DNA from: Planctomycetota bacterium | GTDB taxonomy: Bacteria > Planctomycetota > B15-G4 | Assembly: GCA_965248575.1 (NCBI GenBank) | Contig: CBDFJQ010000002.1 | Location: forward strand, 4,736,001 to 4,800,000 | DNA length: 64,000 bases | Direction of reading: 5' to 3' | Shown here: positions 39,901-48,999 of the stretch, in pieces | How the letters are laid out: every line of letters begins with the position of its first letter | How positions within the stretch are numbered: the first letter of the stretch is position 1 | Made by a program: the position numbers and the translations under genes | The notes under the pieces: generated by a model | The model's input: only the letters and a program-made list of their open reading frames with translations | Databases searched by the model: none | What the model was told of the DNA's origin: nothing

Positions 39901-40585
39901 GCTGAAGGCGGCGGGTGCGGAGTCGACGGACTTCGGGGCCCTGGACATCCGGGAGCAGGATGGCGTCGAGGACGATGTGCTCGACTTACGCAGCTTGAGA
40001 CTCGTCCTGGGGCGCGAGCTGACGCCGGATGTGCTGACAGGTGACCTGCGCGAGTTCGGTCTCATTCACGCCGCGACCCACGGGCACATGGATGTGCACG
40101 ACCCTGGCTTGACGGGGCTCGCGCTGACGCCCTCGGCCAGCGACGACGGCTTCGTCACGACCGCCGACATCCTGGAGCTCACGCTCGATGCCGACCTCGC
40201 CGTGCTCTCTGCCTGCGAAACGGCTCGGGGGCGCGTACGCAAGGGAGAGGGCGCCTTGTCTCTCTCTCGCGCCTTCCTCTATGCCGGCGCACGCTCCGTG
40301 GTGAGCAGCATGTGGCCCGTGGACGATCGGGAAACCGAGCGCACCATGAAGGTCTTCTACGACGGCATGCTGAGCGAGGGTCTCACGGTGTCCAGTTCCC
40401 TGCGCGCCGCGAGACTCGCCATTCGTCACGGAAAGCCGTCGCCCGATGCCTTCCGGGGCGTGGGGCGAGGATCGAGCCTTGGCGGTTCGCTACGCAAGAA
40501 AGGCGGGAGCGAGCTCGCGGGACATCCCTACTTCTGGGCGCCCTTTGTGTACGTCGGGCCGACCTCGCTGAAGCTCGCGAGGTAG
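36953..40585 (+). CDS. secreted TPR + CHAT (caspase-like, clan CD) protease
   Basis: Signal peptide ending PSLAA, PPC-like 'EDDDGGVETNARL', long TPR region, 'VPSGSLSTLPFEAL', IHAATHG, VLSACET, 'HPYFWAPF'. Confidence 0.9.
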   Translation: MIDSALVGLDIVKSGRATFSAHRRCLMIGALSMLLLAPSLAAQDEPGDGSTDSNRLLLGERLELQLTVDDHPVPGMGAARIFRVAPGSVGFTSSSITVEAESVDGDVLLALLGVDGTSVAEDDDGGVETNARLVVNGITEGAELRFLVAFKATREADVSLSAHAGVVEPATGQELALARGRWRAARGHRRLARDEAAGACSDLIQAASLLFNVERYAEVVAALGPAEPLLDEHAAAAVRPYARAFHACSVYRLGYLGEARKRLEAALSAARSAGIAPVEMLVASDLGRLMASTGEQVGAEAALTRALELSHQLGDRANELLLQNEMARLFLAQGWIVRADQSCKTAEALAGELGIPRLLSETLATRARWYIASGDVRSAEAPLEQAVLLSAYVASRANLLGELGQVRQLLGDPRGATHAFWQAAEIAAELKDPALLATALMGMGGAHFSLDEPLAAKDCFEAALKELNTVGDPRNRALCMTFLSETLSTMGEGELALAEAMKALKLAQTLGDRPMLSNASSAVRFCHYLAGNFEQLEKITRDHLTSMERAQLPAEVARAHADLAEVHFQRGRLKEAQVAAQIAFETFEGMRLDEERVAFVASQVLTKVAIARGDLPAAEVSMDRMELIARRIEMKAGDAHAVSTLRSGEVLHTVAQLAYDLTALRVRKASAQQEVRAALDEGLRLAGQWKGLELAEGLQTFRRAGSNPETSALLQERRRLLQDRDDVVSELLAAVAQDLSQEERQTLSEKAHGLDGAAQQIAAQLAELSPQDASLEGLVSWGLAEVRASLASDEVYIEFVEGQERLYSFVVSRDSAQMHDLGEVATRRREVDEFVAGLSQRERLASCETIANAGAEVWGALIGRSLDQPLPGGSRLVIVPSGSLSTLPFEALVLASADEPSSFEDVDFVLDEHEVVYASSGPVFAALQSSGPRATPGRALVLGDPVYDAPSTSTLRGTRDPRSLGFTRIPGTRDEALALARVLLKAAGAESTDFGALDIREQDGVEDDVLDLRSLRLVLGRELTPDVLTGDLREFGLIHAATHGHMDVHDPGLTGLALTPSASDDGFVTTADILELTLDADLAVLSACETARGRVRKGEGALSLSRAFLYAGARSVVSSMWPVDDRETERTMKVFYDGMLSEGLTVSSSLRAARLAIRHGKPSPDAFRGVGRGSSLGGSLRKKGGSELAGHPYFWAPFVYVGPTSLKLAR

Positions 40586-40641
40586 GTGGGGCAGCGCGGG
40601 TCCGAACCACCTGGGCATGAGTGCGCCCCCTCTTCATCGGC

Positions 40642-41172
40642 TCAATCTGGCTGCAGTGGCGTGCTTGCGGTCGTCGGTCCGTCAGCGGTCTCTTCCGGCA
40701 GACCCAGCTCGGCGAGCCTGTCGCGTCGATCTTGCAGCAGGCTTTCGTAGAACTCCCGGTCGTGGAGAAACCAGGTTCCTTGCTGCACATCGAAGGGCAC
40801 GCGCTGCTTGCGAAAACGCTCCTCCTGGCTGACGAGCGACGCCACGGCCGACCGGATCTGATGAGCCAGACCTGAACTGCCAGCTTGCTTTGCGCGCAGC
40901 TCGAGTTCCTTGTTGGCAAAGAGAACCAGCACACACGGATAGCCGTACTGCCAGTTGGCATCGAGCTCCTCGATGGGCGGGTCCGTCTCAGCGAACTGCT
41001 CGCGCAGCCGGGTGACGAGCTCACGGAGCGCGGGATCGCCCACGCGGAGAAAGCGCCTCATGTCCCAGGTCGCATAGACGACGAAGAGCTTGTAGAGGAT
41101 GAAGGCGACAACGCCGATCCCCAGCAGCCCCATCATCGTCCAGAACACGATGTCCATCAGGGTCTCTATCAT
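40642..41172 (-). CDS. hypothetical protein with N-terminal TM helix
   Basis: 'IVFWTMMGLLGIGVVAFILYKLFVVY'. GGAG upstream. Fills the gap between two genes. Confidence 0.6.
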   Translation of the reverse strand: MIETLMDIVFWTMMGLLGIGVVAFILYKLFVVYATWDMRRFLRVGDPALRELVTRLREQFAETDPPIEELDANWQYGYPCVLVLFANKELELRAKQAGSSGLAHQIRSAVASLVSQEERFRKQRVPFDVQQGTWFLHDREFYESLLQDRRDRLAELGLPEETADGPTTASTPLQPD

Positions 41173-41271
41173 GCGCAAGCACTCCTGATCATCACGCTCC
41201 AGTCGATCGTCCCGCGACTCACGAAGTTTGGAAGCGTGACGGCTGGTGGCCCGCGGACATCCTACAGCCTG

Positions 41272-43812
41272 TCAGGGCGTCGTCATCAACAGAGCGTTCG
41301 ACAGCGTGAGCCCGTCGGGCACCGAGAAGTCCTGGACCACGAACTGCAGGAAGATCTCGATGTCGGAGGCGATGCCGGCGGGCCAGTTGACCGAGAGCGA
41401 CGACTGGCCGCTGACGTCCGAGTTGAAGAGCAGCTGGGCGTTGGGGGGGAAGGCGTGGACCGTGCCTCCGATGGCGTCCAGCGGCGTTGAGCTGAAGGAG
41501 ATCCAGGCCAGCATGGGGGTGCTGGCCGGCACGTTGGTCAGCACCCGATCCATGGATGTGCCGGGGCTGAGGTCGCCCTTCGAGCGCAGCGCGGGGCGGC
41601 CGTTGATGCCCGGTGCCGAGCCGCCCAGGTCGTTCCACCAGTCGTTCTGGGAGATGCGTAGCACGAAGCTGGCGGCGACGAGGATGTTGCCCGAGGCATC
41701 CAACTTGATGTCCGTGGGCGCGACGAAGTTGCTGAGGGGGAAGACGCTGGCCTGGTCGGCCAGCTCCGTCACCGTCCCGTTGGAGTCAACGCGGAACACG
41801 TTGTTGCTGAGGAAACCGGCCACATAGACGGCCCCAAAAGCGTCGACAGCCACACCCGAGGGTTCGGAGAGCGTGTTGCCCAAGCCGTCGCCCGAAACCT
41901 CAAGGATCTGGCTGACCGTGCCGCCTGGCGTGATGTGGAGGACGTTGTTGCTGGCGGCCCCCGTGACGTAGACATCCCCGGCCCAGCTGGCGGCGACACC
42001 TCTCGGCAGGAGCAGCTCGGCCCCCGGCCCCGCGCCGTGGGAGTCCACGATCTCGCTGATCACGCCGCCCGGTGTGATCTTGAAGACGTTGTGTGATTCG
42101 CAGGCGACATAGAGGTTTCCGGCACCGTCCAGCGCAAGGTCCACGGGCACCTGGAGAGGGTTGCCCATGCCGTCGCCCGTGACGTCCGCGATCTGCGAGA
42201 TGACGCCACCTGCTGTGATCTTGAACACGTTGTCGCTGGAGAAGCCTGCGACATAGACGTTGTCCTCGGCGTCGACAGCGATCCCGTGCGGCCTCGCCAA
42301 CAGGTTTCCGGCGCCATCTCCGAGGCCGTCGATGATCTGGGTCACTAACCCGGAGGGTTCCGCGCGCAGCACGTTGTTGTTGTTCATGCTCGAGACGTAG
42401 ACGGACCCATCGCTCCCAGTGGCCATCTTCGTGGGCCCGAGCAGCAGGTTGCCCATGCCATCACCCACCTGGCTCATGACCTGCACGTTCATGGACTCGC
42501 TGTCGCTGCGGGTCACCCGGTTGGTGAGGGTCGAGCTGGTAAAGACCCGGTTCAGGTAATCCACAGCGATTCCGCTGGGGTTGAAAGCCACGGGCACTGA
42601 CAGCGACGAAGGATCCACGAGCAGGTCGACCGTGCCGCCCGTCCCAACCTTGAGCACCGTGTCCGATGCCACGCCGGAGAGCACGACGGATCCGTCCGCC
42701 AGGATCAGCGGGTCATGCGTCACGAGCACAATGTGACCCATGCCGTCCCCCAGCTGTCCCACCAGCTTGGTGATGGTGCCGTCGGCTGCGCGCCTCCAGA
42801 GCCAATCACTGCCCGTGTTCATGCTGTGCATCCAGTACACGTTGCCCGCGTTGTCCGTCGCGAGGCTGCGGTAGGACCCCGCAAGGCTTGAGGCTTGGGT
42901 CAGCAGGCTTCCGCCCAGTGTGTACTGCTCAAGCTTGGTCGACATGGCAAACAAGTCGAGGGTCACGATCCAGAGTGAGCCCAGCGAGTCGGCCGCGATG
43001 CGCTGGCTTGTGAAGCCGAACGTCGCGAAGATCAGGGTCACGGTGCCCATGACGTCAATGGAGAACACCTGTTGCTGATCCGAAACGAAAACCGTTCCAG
43101 CTGTGTTGACGACGATTTCCCTGGCCAAGCTGAACGACGCTTGGCCGTCCCCTGCTGGAGTCAGGATCTCCTCGAAGACACCACCCAGTCCTCGTTGGAA
43201 CACGCGGCCGGCACCAGAGATGAACAGCTCGCCGCCTGAGAAGTGAACGCCTGCCGCGCTCAGGGGCGCCGCTGGGCCCAGGCCACTGGCATCCATCTCG
43301 ACGATGATCTGTCCGAGAGGTGTGACACGGAAGACGTTGTTGCTCGCCTGACCCGCGATCCACACATCGTCGGAGCCATCCACGACGAGCGTGAACGGAT
43401 CGGCCAGGGGGTTGCCGAGCCCGTCGCCGGTGGCGTCGAGCACGACGCTCACACTTCCATCCGGCGCCCGTCGAAAGACGTTGTCCGAATTCAAACACGC
43501 CACATAGAGGTTGTCCTGGGAGTCGAGGGCCATCGCGCTGGGAGCATCGAAGGCGTGCAAGGGCAGGCCGCTCGTTCGGTCGATGACAACGCTCACCGTG
43601 CCATCCGCGGCGACCTGGTAGACGCCGTCCGATGTCGAGCTGGAAAGGTAGATGTTGCCAGCCGAGTCGACGATCGGTTCCGACGGACTGTCGAAGACCG
43701 AGGACGGGTTGGGGATGGCGGCGAGATCCTGTGCCCGGGCAGGCGACCCCAAGAGAACGAGAGAGAGCATGCTGGCGAAGCAAGCGAGCATCGTGCTGGT
43801 GCGGGTCAACAT
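41272..43812 (-). CDS. secreted multi-NHL-repeat beta-propeller protein with conserved CTD
   Basis: Start reset to MLTRTST (signal peptide ending PARA). Many 'GDG.GN.L..P..IAVD...NVYV....S.NVF.IT.GG' repeats. CTD ending 'QFVVQD...TLSNALLMTTP'. Confidence 0.88.
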   Translation of the reverse strand: MLTRTSTMLACFASMLSLVLLGSPARAQDLAAIPNPSSVFDSPSEPIVDSAGNIYLSSSTSDGVYQVAADGTVSVVIDRTSGLPLHAFDAPSAMALDSQDNLYVACLNSDNVFRRAPDGSVSVVLDATGDGLGNPLADPFTLVVDGSDDVWIAGQASNNVFRVTPLGQIIVEMDASGLGPAAPLSAAGVHFSGGELFISGAGRVFQRGLGGVFEEILTPAGDGQASFSLAREIVVNTAGTVFVSDQQQVFSIDVMGTVTLIFATFGFTSQRIAADSLGSLWIVTLDLFAMSTKLEQYTLGGSLLTQASSLAGSYRSLATDNAGNVYWMHSMNTGSDWLWRRAADGTITKLVGQLGDGMGHIVLVTHDPLILADGSVVLSGVASDTVLKVGTGGTVDLLVDPSSLSVPVAFNPSGIAVDYLNRVFTSSTLTNRVTRSDSESMNVQVMSQVGDGMGNLLLGPTKMATGSDGSVYVSSMNNNNVLRAEPSGLVTQIIDGLGDGAGNLLARPHGIAVDAEDNVYVAGFSSDNVFKITAGGVISQIADVTGDGMGNPLQVPVDLALDGAGNLYVACESHNVFKITPGGVISEIVDSHGAGPGAELLLPRGVAASWAGDVYVTGAASNNVLHITPGGTVSQILEVSGDGLGNTLSEPSGVAVDAFGAVYVAGFLSNNVFRVDSNGTVTELADQASVFPLSNFVAPTDIKLDASGNILVAASFVLRISQNDWWNDLGGSAPGINGRPALRSKGDLSPGTSMDRVLTNVPASTPMLAWISFSSTPLDAIGGTVHAFPPNAQLLFNSDVSGQSSLSVNWPAGIASDIEIFLQFVVQDFSVPDGLTLSNALLMTTP

Positions 43813-44118
43813 GGCGGAGACGGCTCCTGTCTTGTCGTGGGCAAGGAAAAGACGGTGCGCCCAGAGTCGTGCGAAGAGCAGAGGTCGAGCCCGTGCGCCC
43901 CACATGACGTGGGTGATGCTTGTGGCGGGCCCCCGAAACACAGGCCCGCCCGATCCCGAGTCACTCAAGATAGCGAGTCCCTCAAGGTAGGTATCACAAG
44001 CCCTGCCGGGGCCCCTCTGGCGCCAGCACGGGCGCCCCCAGCACCGGGCTCCCAGGCACCCAAGGAAGACCGTGATAGCCTTCAAGCGTCGGTTTTCGGC
44101 TCTCGTTGGGTGTGTGTC

Positions 44119-45465
44119 GTGTTTCTTCAACTGCTCCTGCTGCCTCTTGCACTGCTCCTGCAGGAGGGAACCCCTGGGCCCCCGGCCGACAACGTCCTGG
44201 TGATCGTGGCCGACGATATGGGTGTCGAGCGCACTCCAGCTTACGGCTTGAGCGTGGTCAACAACGGCCCCGCGCCCTGGATCTCGGCCTTGGCGGGGCA
44301 CGGTGTTCTCTTCCGCAAGGCCTATTCGGAGCCGTCCTGCAGCCCGACCCGGTCGGCCATCCTCACGGGCAAGCACCCCTTCCGGACGGGCATCGGGCGA
44401 GGGGTCGGGTTCTACAGCGGCAGCGGCCTGGTGGAAGGTGACCCAGCGGAGGTCACCCTGGCCGACACCCTTGGGGCGACGCATCGGACGGCGGCTATCG
44501 GCAAGTGGCACTTGAGCATCCGCGAGAACTTGGGCGGTACGGAATACCAACACCCCGTCCTGTACGGCTTCGACCTGCACCGCGGCCCCATAGCCAACTT
44601 GGCTCCCAACGACCCTAATGGCTACGTCAACTACGTGCAGAACATCGCCGACGCCAACGGCAACACACAGGTGCAGGTGACAGGGAGCTATGCCACAAGC
44701 GACCAGGTGGACGACGCGCTGCAGGTCATCGACGAGGCAGGCAGCGAACCGTGGTTCGTGTGGCTCGCCTTCAACGCGCCGCACACGCCCTTTCATGTGC
44801 CGCCGTCGGAATTAACGACGCTGGGTGTGACCGGGCTGAGCACTGACTCGCGCAAGCACCGCGCCGCCATCGAAGCCATGGACACGGAGATCGGGCGCTT
44901 GTTGATGAGCATCCGGCCCGCCGTCCTGGCGCGCACCTGGATCGTCTTCGTGGGGGACAACGGTTCCCCGGGCTCCACCTTGCCGGGCATCACAGAGGCC
45001 AAGGGTACGGCGAACGAGTTCGGCATCCACGTACCGTTGCTCGTTGTCGGCCCCGGAGTCGTGGCTCCCGGCCGCGAGGTGGACTCCCCAGTGGGCGTCA
45101 CCGATCTCTACGCGAGCATCTGCGACATGGCCGGGGTGCGCACGCCACCCGAGGCGGTCGACAGCATCTCGTTCATGAACCTGTTACGAGACCCGGCGGG
45201 TATCGCCCGTCGGCAGCATGTGTTTTCCGAGGGCTTCAACCCCAATGGGGCGCCGCCCTATCTCACCCACGACCGGGCCGTGCGCGACCAGCGCTACAAA
45301 CTGAGGCAGAAGCTGCCCCAGGGCAGCGCGCCCAGCCCTCTCAGTTTCTTCCACCTCGCGACGGATCCCTTCCAGAACGTCGACCTCTTGCCGCAACTGG
45401 GCTCGGCCCAGCAAGCGGTCTTTGAAGCGCTGGCTGGGAAACTCGAACAGTTGAAGGACCGATGA
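44119..45465 (+). CDS. secreted Cys-type sulfatase, paralogue of 33712..35028
   Basis: 'NVLVIVADDMG', CSPTRSAILTG, GKWHL, NAPH, GDNG. Start approximate (GTG 44110 or 44119). Confidence 0.9.
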   Translation: MFLQLLLLPLALLLQEGTPGPPADNVLVIVADDMGVERTPAYGLSVVNNGPAPWISALAGHGVLFRKAYSEPSCSPTRSAILTGKHPFRTGIGRGVGFYSGSGLVEGDPAEVTLADTLGATHRTAAIGKWHLSIRENLGGTEYQHPVLYGFDLHRGPIANLAPNDPNGYVNYVQNIADANGNTQVQVTGSYATSDQVDDALQVIDEAGSEPWFVWLAFNAPHTPFHVPPSELTTLGVTGLSTDSRKHRAAIEAMDTEIGRLLMSIRPAVLARTWIVFVGDNGSPGSTLPGITEAKGTANEFGIHVPLLVVGPGVVAPGREVDSPVGVTDLYASICDMAGVRTPPEAVDSISFMNLLRDPAGIARRQHVFSEGFNPNGAPPYLTHDRAVRDQRYKLRQKLPQGSAPSPLSFFHLATDPFQNVDLLPQLGSAQQAVFEALAGKLEQLKDR

Positions 45466-47393
45466 TGACTGCTGCCCGTGCACGATTGCTGCCCACCTTC
45501 GCTGTTGCGCTCTGCCTCGCCACCCAGCTTTCTGCGGCTCGAGCGCAGGATGCGGCCGAGCCCCGGCCCCGCAGCGTGCTCTTCTACGTGATGGACACCT
45601 GTCGTCAGGACCGCTTGAGTTCCCATGGCTACGGGCGCGAGACCACGCCTTTCCTTGAGTGGCTGGCCGAGCGCTCGGTGGTCTTCGAGAACTGCTCAAG
45701 CCAGGCGCCATGGACCAAGCCCTCCATGGCGTCCATGCTCAGCTCTCAGTACCCGTCCGCCACGGGTGTGTTCCGCATGGATCAGCAGCTCCCGGACCGC
45801 TTCGTCACCTGGCCGGAGGTCCTGCAGGCCCATGGGCTCCAGACCGTCGGCTTCTCCGCCAACATCGTGATGGGCAGCGCCCTCTCCAACTTCACCCAGG
45901 GGTTCCACCACTTCGTCGAGTCCACGGAAGTGAACGGTGGCGACCCCATCCGCTTCGCGAGCGGCTCCGCGAAGAAGCTCAATCAGCACGTCTTCCGCTG
46001 GTTGGACGGAAGCCCCCAGTGGCCCATGTTGCTGTACGTGCATTCGGTGGATCCGCACGAAGAGTACGAGCCCGAGGCGCAGTACCTCGAGCGCTTCGCC
46101 GACCCGGACCGGCACGGCCAGTTCCGGGAGGACTGGGCAACGCTGCTCGAGAGCCGACCGCCGATCCCGGGCCTCTACGTGACGCAGGACAACTTCGAGC
46201 AGACGCAGGTGGACGCCGCGTCCTTCGTGGAGCACGCAAGCAACCTGTACGACGCGGACATCCTCGCCAACGACGACCAGCTGCAGCGGCTGTGGGACAA
46301 GCTGCAGACGGAGGGCTGGGGCGAAGACTTCGTCTTCGTGTTCACTTCGGACCACGGGGAGGAGTTCTTCGACCACGGCGCCACCAGCCATGGCTACAGC
46401 TTGTACGACGAGATGATCAGGGTTCCGCTGATGATCTACGCACCCGGGCTGCTCCCGGCGGGAAGGCGCGTGAAGACGCCGGTGCGTTCGCTCGACATCT
46501 ACCCGACGCTCTGCGAGTTGATGGGCGTGCAGCCGCCGGAGGGCTTGCAAGGGCGCAGCCTCCTGCCGCTGGTTCGTGGTGAGGGCACCGACGCTGCGGA
46601 CGTCCCCGACGTCATCTCCGAGCACCGCGAGGACCCGATCCTGCGCCGCATTGGGCATGGTTCGGGAGACATGGTGAGCATCCGGCGCGGGCGCTGGAAG
46701 TTCATCTCGAACGCCCTCGGCCCGCAGCTGCTGCCCAGGCCGCGCTTCGAGCTCTTTGACCTGGAGGCGGACCCGGGTGAACGGACCAACCTCGCAGACA
46801 AGCACCCGGAGCTGGTGCACGAACTGGAGGCGGAGGCGGTGGCCTTCGTGCAGAGCCAACGTGCCGAACTTGTTCCGGAGACCGGTGTGGAGCTGGACCC
46901 GGAGGTGCTGGAGCAGCTGAGAGAGCTGGGGTACATCGGCGAGGCCGAGCCTGTCGCGAACATCTGGGACGCTCTCAGGTCCGAGGACCTCGACACGATC
47001 CTGCGCAGCCTTGAGTCCGGGGCGGATCCGAACCAGCTGGAGGAGGTGGTGGGGATCAGCCCGCTGTCGATCACGGCCATGGTTGGCAATGTGCAGCTGG
47101 CCAGGATCTTGGTGAAGGCAGGAGCGAGGGTCGATGGCGCCAACACCGATGGTTCCTCAGCTCTGCACGGAGCCGCCTTCCTTGGCCGCGTGGACATGCT
47201 GCAGTTCTTGCTGGAGCAAGGCGCTGACCGATCACTCAAGAACGCTCTCGGGGACACGGCTCTCAGTGCCGCGGCCACACCCTGGAACATCACCGAGTTC
47301 ATCGCGGGGATGTTGGAGCTCCCCGTGGAACGCGAGGCGGTGGAGGCGGGCCGGGCGGAGTGCGTGGCGATCCTTGAAGCGGAAGCGCTCTAG
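45462..47393 (+). CDS. sulfatase-like alkaline-phosphatase-superfamily protein with C-terminal ankyrin repeats
   Basis: 'MDTCRQD', 'APWTKPSMAS', 'DPHEEY', 'TSDHGEEF', 'EQLRELGYI', then ankyrins 'GSSALHGAAFLG' and 'GDTAL'. ATGA overlap with the upstream gene. Confidence 0.88.
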   Translation: MMTAARARLLPTFAVALCLATQLSAARAQDAAEPRPRSVLFYVMDTCRQDRLSSHGYGRETTPFLEWLAERSVVFENCSSQAPWTKPSMASMLSSQYPSATGVFRMDQQLPDRFVTWPEVLQAHGLQTVGFSANIVMGSALSNFTQGFHHFVESTEVNGGDPIRFASGSAKKLNQHVFRWLDGSPQWPMLLYVHSVDPHEEYEPEAQYLERFADPDRHGQFREDWATLLESRPPIPGLYVTQDNFEQTQVDAASFVEHASNLYDADILANDDQLQRLWDKLQTEGWGEDFVFVFTSDHGEEFFDHGATSHGYSLYDEMIRVPLMIYAPGLLPAGRRVKTPVRSLDIYPTLCELMGVQPPEGLQGRSLLPLVRGEGTDAADVPDVISEHREDPILRRIGHGSGDMVSIRRGRWKFISNALGPQLLPRPRFELFDLEADPGERTNLADKHPELVHELEAEAVAFVQSQRAELVPETGVELDPEVLEQLRELGYIGEAEPVANIWDALRSEDLDTILRSLESGADPNQLEEVVGISPLSITAMVGNVQLARILVKAGARVDGANTDGSSALHGAAFLGRVDMLQFLLEQGADRSLKNALGDTALSAAATPWNITEFIAGMLELPVEREAVEAGRAECVAILEAEAL

Positions 47394-47415
47394 GGCGGGC
47401 ACGACAGGACCCGCC

Positions 47416-48924
47416 TCAGGGCAGGACCTTCTGTTCCTGCAGCCACTTCTTCAGGACCGGCTCCAAGGGCACTTGGCGCCCCCGGCTGTCCGTGAAGTTG
47501 TGGTTGGCGTCCTCCAGCACGCTTGTCGTGTGTTGCGTGTGGCCTTCGCGCTCCAGCTTGCCCATCTCCTGCAGGCAGGCGCGGGTGGGGATCACGTCGT
47601 CGCGGGAGCCGAAGATCCACAGGGTCGGGGTGGGGAGGCGGCGCAACAGCTTGCGCGGGTCGTATCCCCTCTTTCCGTCGAACCGTTCCACGGCGTCGTC
47701 GGCCTCGTCCAGACTGCGCCCTGCCTGCAAGGCCTGCGCATGGCACTCCTCTTCACCAGCGGAAACCGGCGGGCCGCAGGCGCTGATGATGAAGCGCACG
47801 TCCTCCGTCTGATCGGCTACCAGAGGCATGACCCAGCCCGCCTGGCTGCCGCCGATGAGTCCCACTCGCGCGGCGTCGATCTGGCCTTGCTTCAGCAGCC
47901 AGGCGTGCGCAGCGGCGGCGTCGCCGGCCAACTGGTCGAACACCTTTTCGCTCCCGTCGACGCTGAAAGGCGGAAAGGCGCCAGTGGATTCACCGCAGCC
48001 ACGCTTGTCGTAAGCCAGCACCGCCAGGCCCAGCCGCAGGCAGATGCTTGTGTAGTAGTGCCACTGCATGCGCCGTGTGGTGGGGGCCGAACCATGCAAT
48101 TGGACCACTGCGGGGTAGGGCGGGGAGAAGCCGGGCGGGAGGTAGAGCGTGGCAGCCAGGCTCACGTCGCCGGACTTGATCAGCACGTCCTGGTGTTCGA
48201 CAGTCTCGCCGCTGCTCAGCTGCCAGGAGGCCTGCGTCGACCGGGGCGCATGGCGAGGCTGCTGAGTGGCATCCGGTTGCGCCGACAGGCTCATGTCGCC
48301 GTGCTGCCAGGCCGCGTCCGTGACTTCCCCTGAGCTGCCCAGTTCAAACGTCAGCCGTCCCTCGACCGGGAGCGGTTGCTCAGGCGCAGGTCCCCAGCTG
48401 AAGTCGGTGCTCGTGCGCGGGAAGAGGATGCGCACGAAGCCGGGCTCGGGGCCGAACAGAGCCAGGACCTCGTCGGACTCCCGCGGGTAGGTGGCGACCT
48501 CGAAGCTGGCGCCATCCTCCAGCCGATACACGCCGACCAGGCGTTGCTGCTGTAGGTCGCTCAATTCTTGAACGCGCACGAGGTCGAAGCTGGTGCGACC
48601 GCCCACGAGCTGTCCCTCGATGTGTCCACGCAGGGTGTCGTCAGCGAGGGTGGTGTCGGCTTCGCCGCTCAGCTCCCCGAACTGGATCTTCCAGCTCAGC
48701 GCGTCCCCTCGACGGGATACCTCGGCCGGAAAGCGAAAGCCTCGTTCGGGGAGTTCCAGGCCGACAGTCGGTTCCGTGCCTTCGCCCTCGATGCGGACGA
48801 TGAGCGAGACGAACTCATCCGGCAACGCGAAGCCTCCGGCCCAGGTTCCTTCCAGCCGGTCGTCGGGCGCCGTGGTGGCAGGACTGAGCAGCGGGAGCAG
48901 GGTCAGCAGCAAGCAGGACAGCAT
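47416..48924 (-). CDS. secreted alpha/beta hydrolase (S9/S15-like)
   Basis: HGS, 'YDKRGCGESTG', nucleophile GGSQAG, 'GSRDDVIP', 'ANH'. GGAGG RBS. Confidence 0.88.
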   Translation of the reverse strand: MLSCLLLTLLPLLSPATTAPDDRLEGTWAGGFALPDEFVSLIVRIEGEGTEPTVGLELPERGFRFPAEVSRRGDALSWKIQFGELSGEADTTLADDTLRGHIEGQLVGGRTSFDLVRVQELSDLQQQRLVGVYRLEDGASFEVATYPRESDEVLALFGPEPGFVRILFPRTSTDFSWGPAPEQPLPVEGRLTFELGSSGEVTDAAWQHGDMSLSAQPDATQQPRHAPRSTQASWQLSSGETVEHQDVLIKSGDVSLAATLYLPPGFSPPYPAVVQLHGSAPTTRRMQWHYYTSICLRLGLAVLAYDKRGCGESTGAFPPFSVDGSEKVFDQLAGDAAAAHAWLLKQGQIDAARVGLIGGSQAGWVMPLVADQTEDVRFIISACGPPVSAGEEECHAQALQAGRSLDEADDAVERFDGKRGYDPRKLLRRLPTPTLWIFGSRDDVIPTRACLQEMGKLEREGHTQHTTSVLEDANHNFTDSRGRQVPLEPVLKKWLQEQKVLP

Positions 48925-48999
48925 GGGGCACCTCCATGGATGGGGGCGCTAGTTTGAGGGGGAGTCCGGTGCGCCGATAGAACGCACCGAAGGGTGGCG

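Noticed and set aside
43813..44796. N-terminal 328 aa of the 1174-aa ORF 41272..44796, and the extension of 43243..45465
   Set aside because: Mutual antisense read-through of two divergent genes. Signal peptides place the true starts at 43812 and about 44119.
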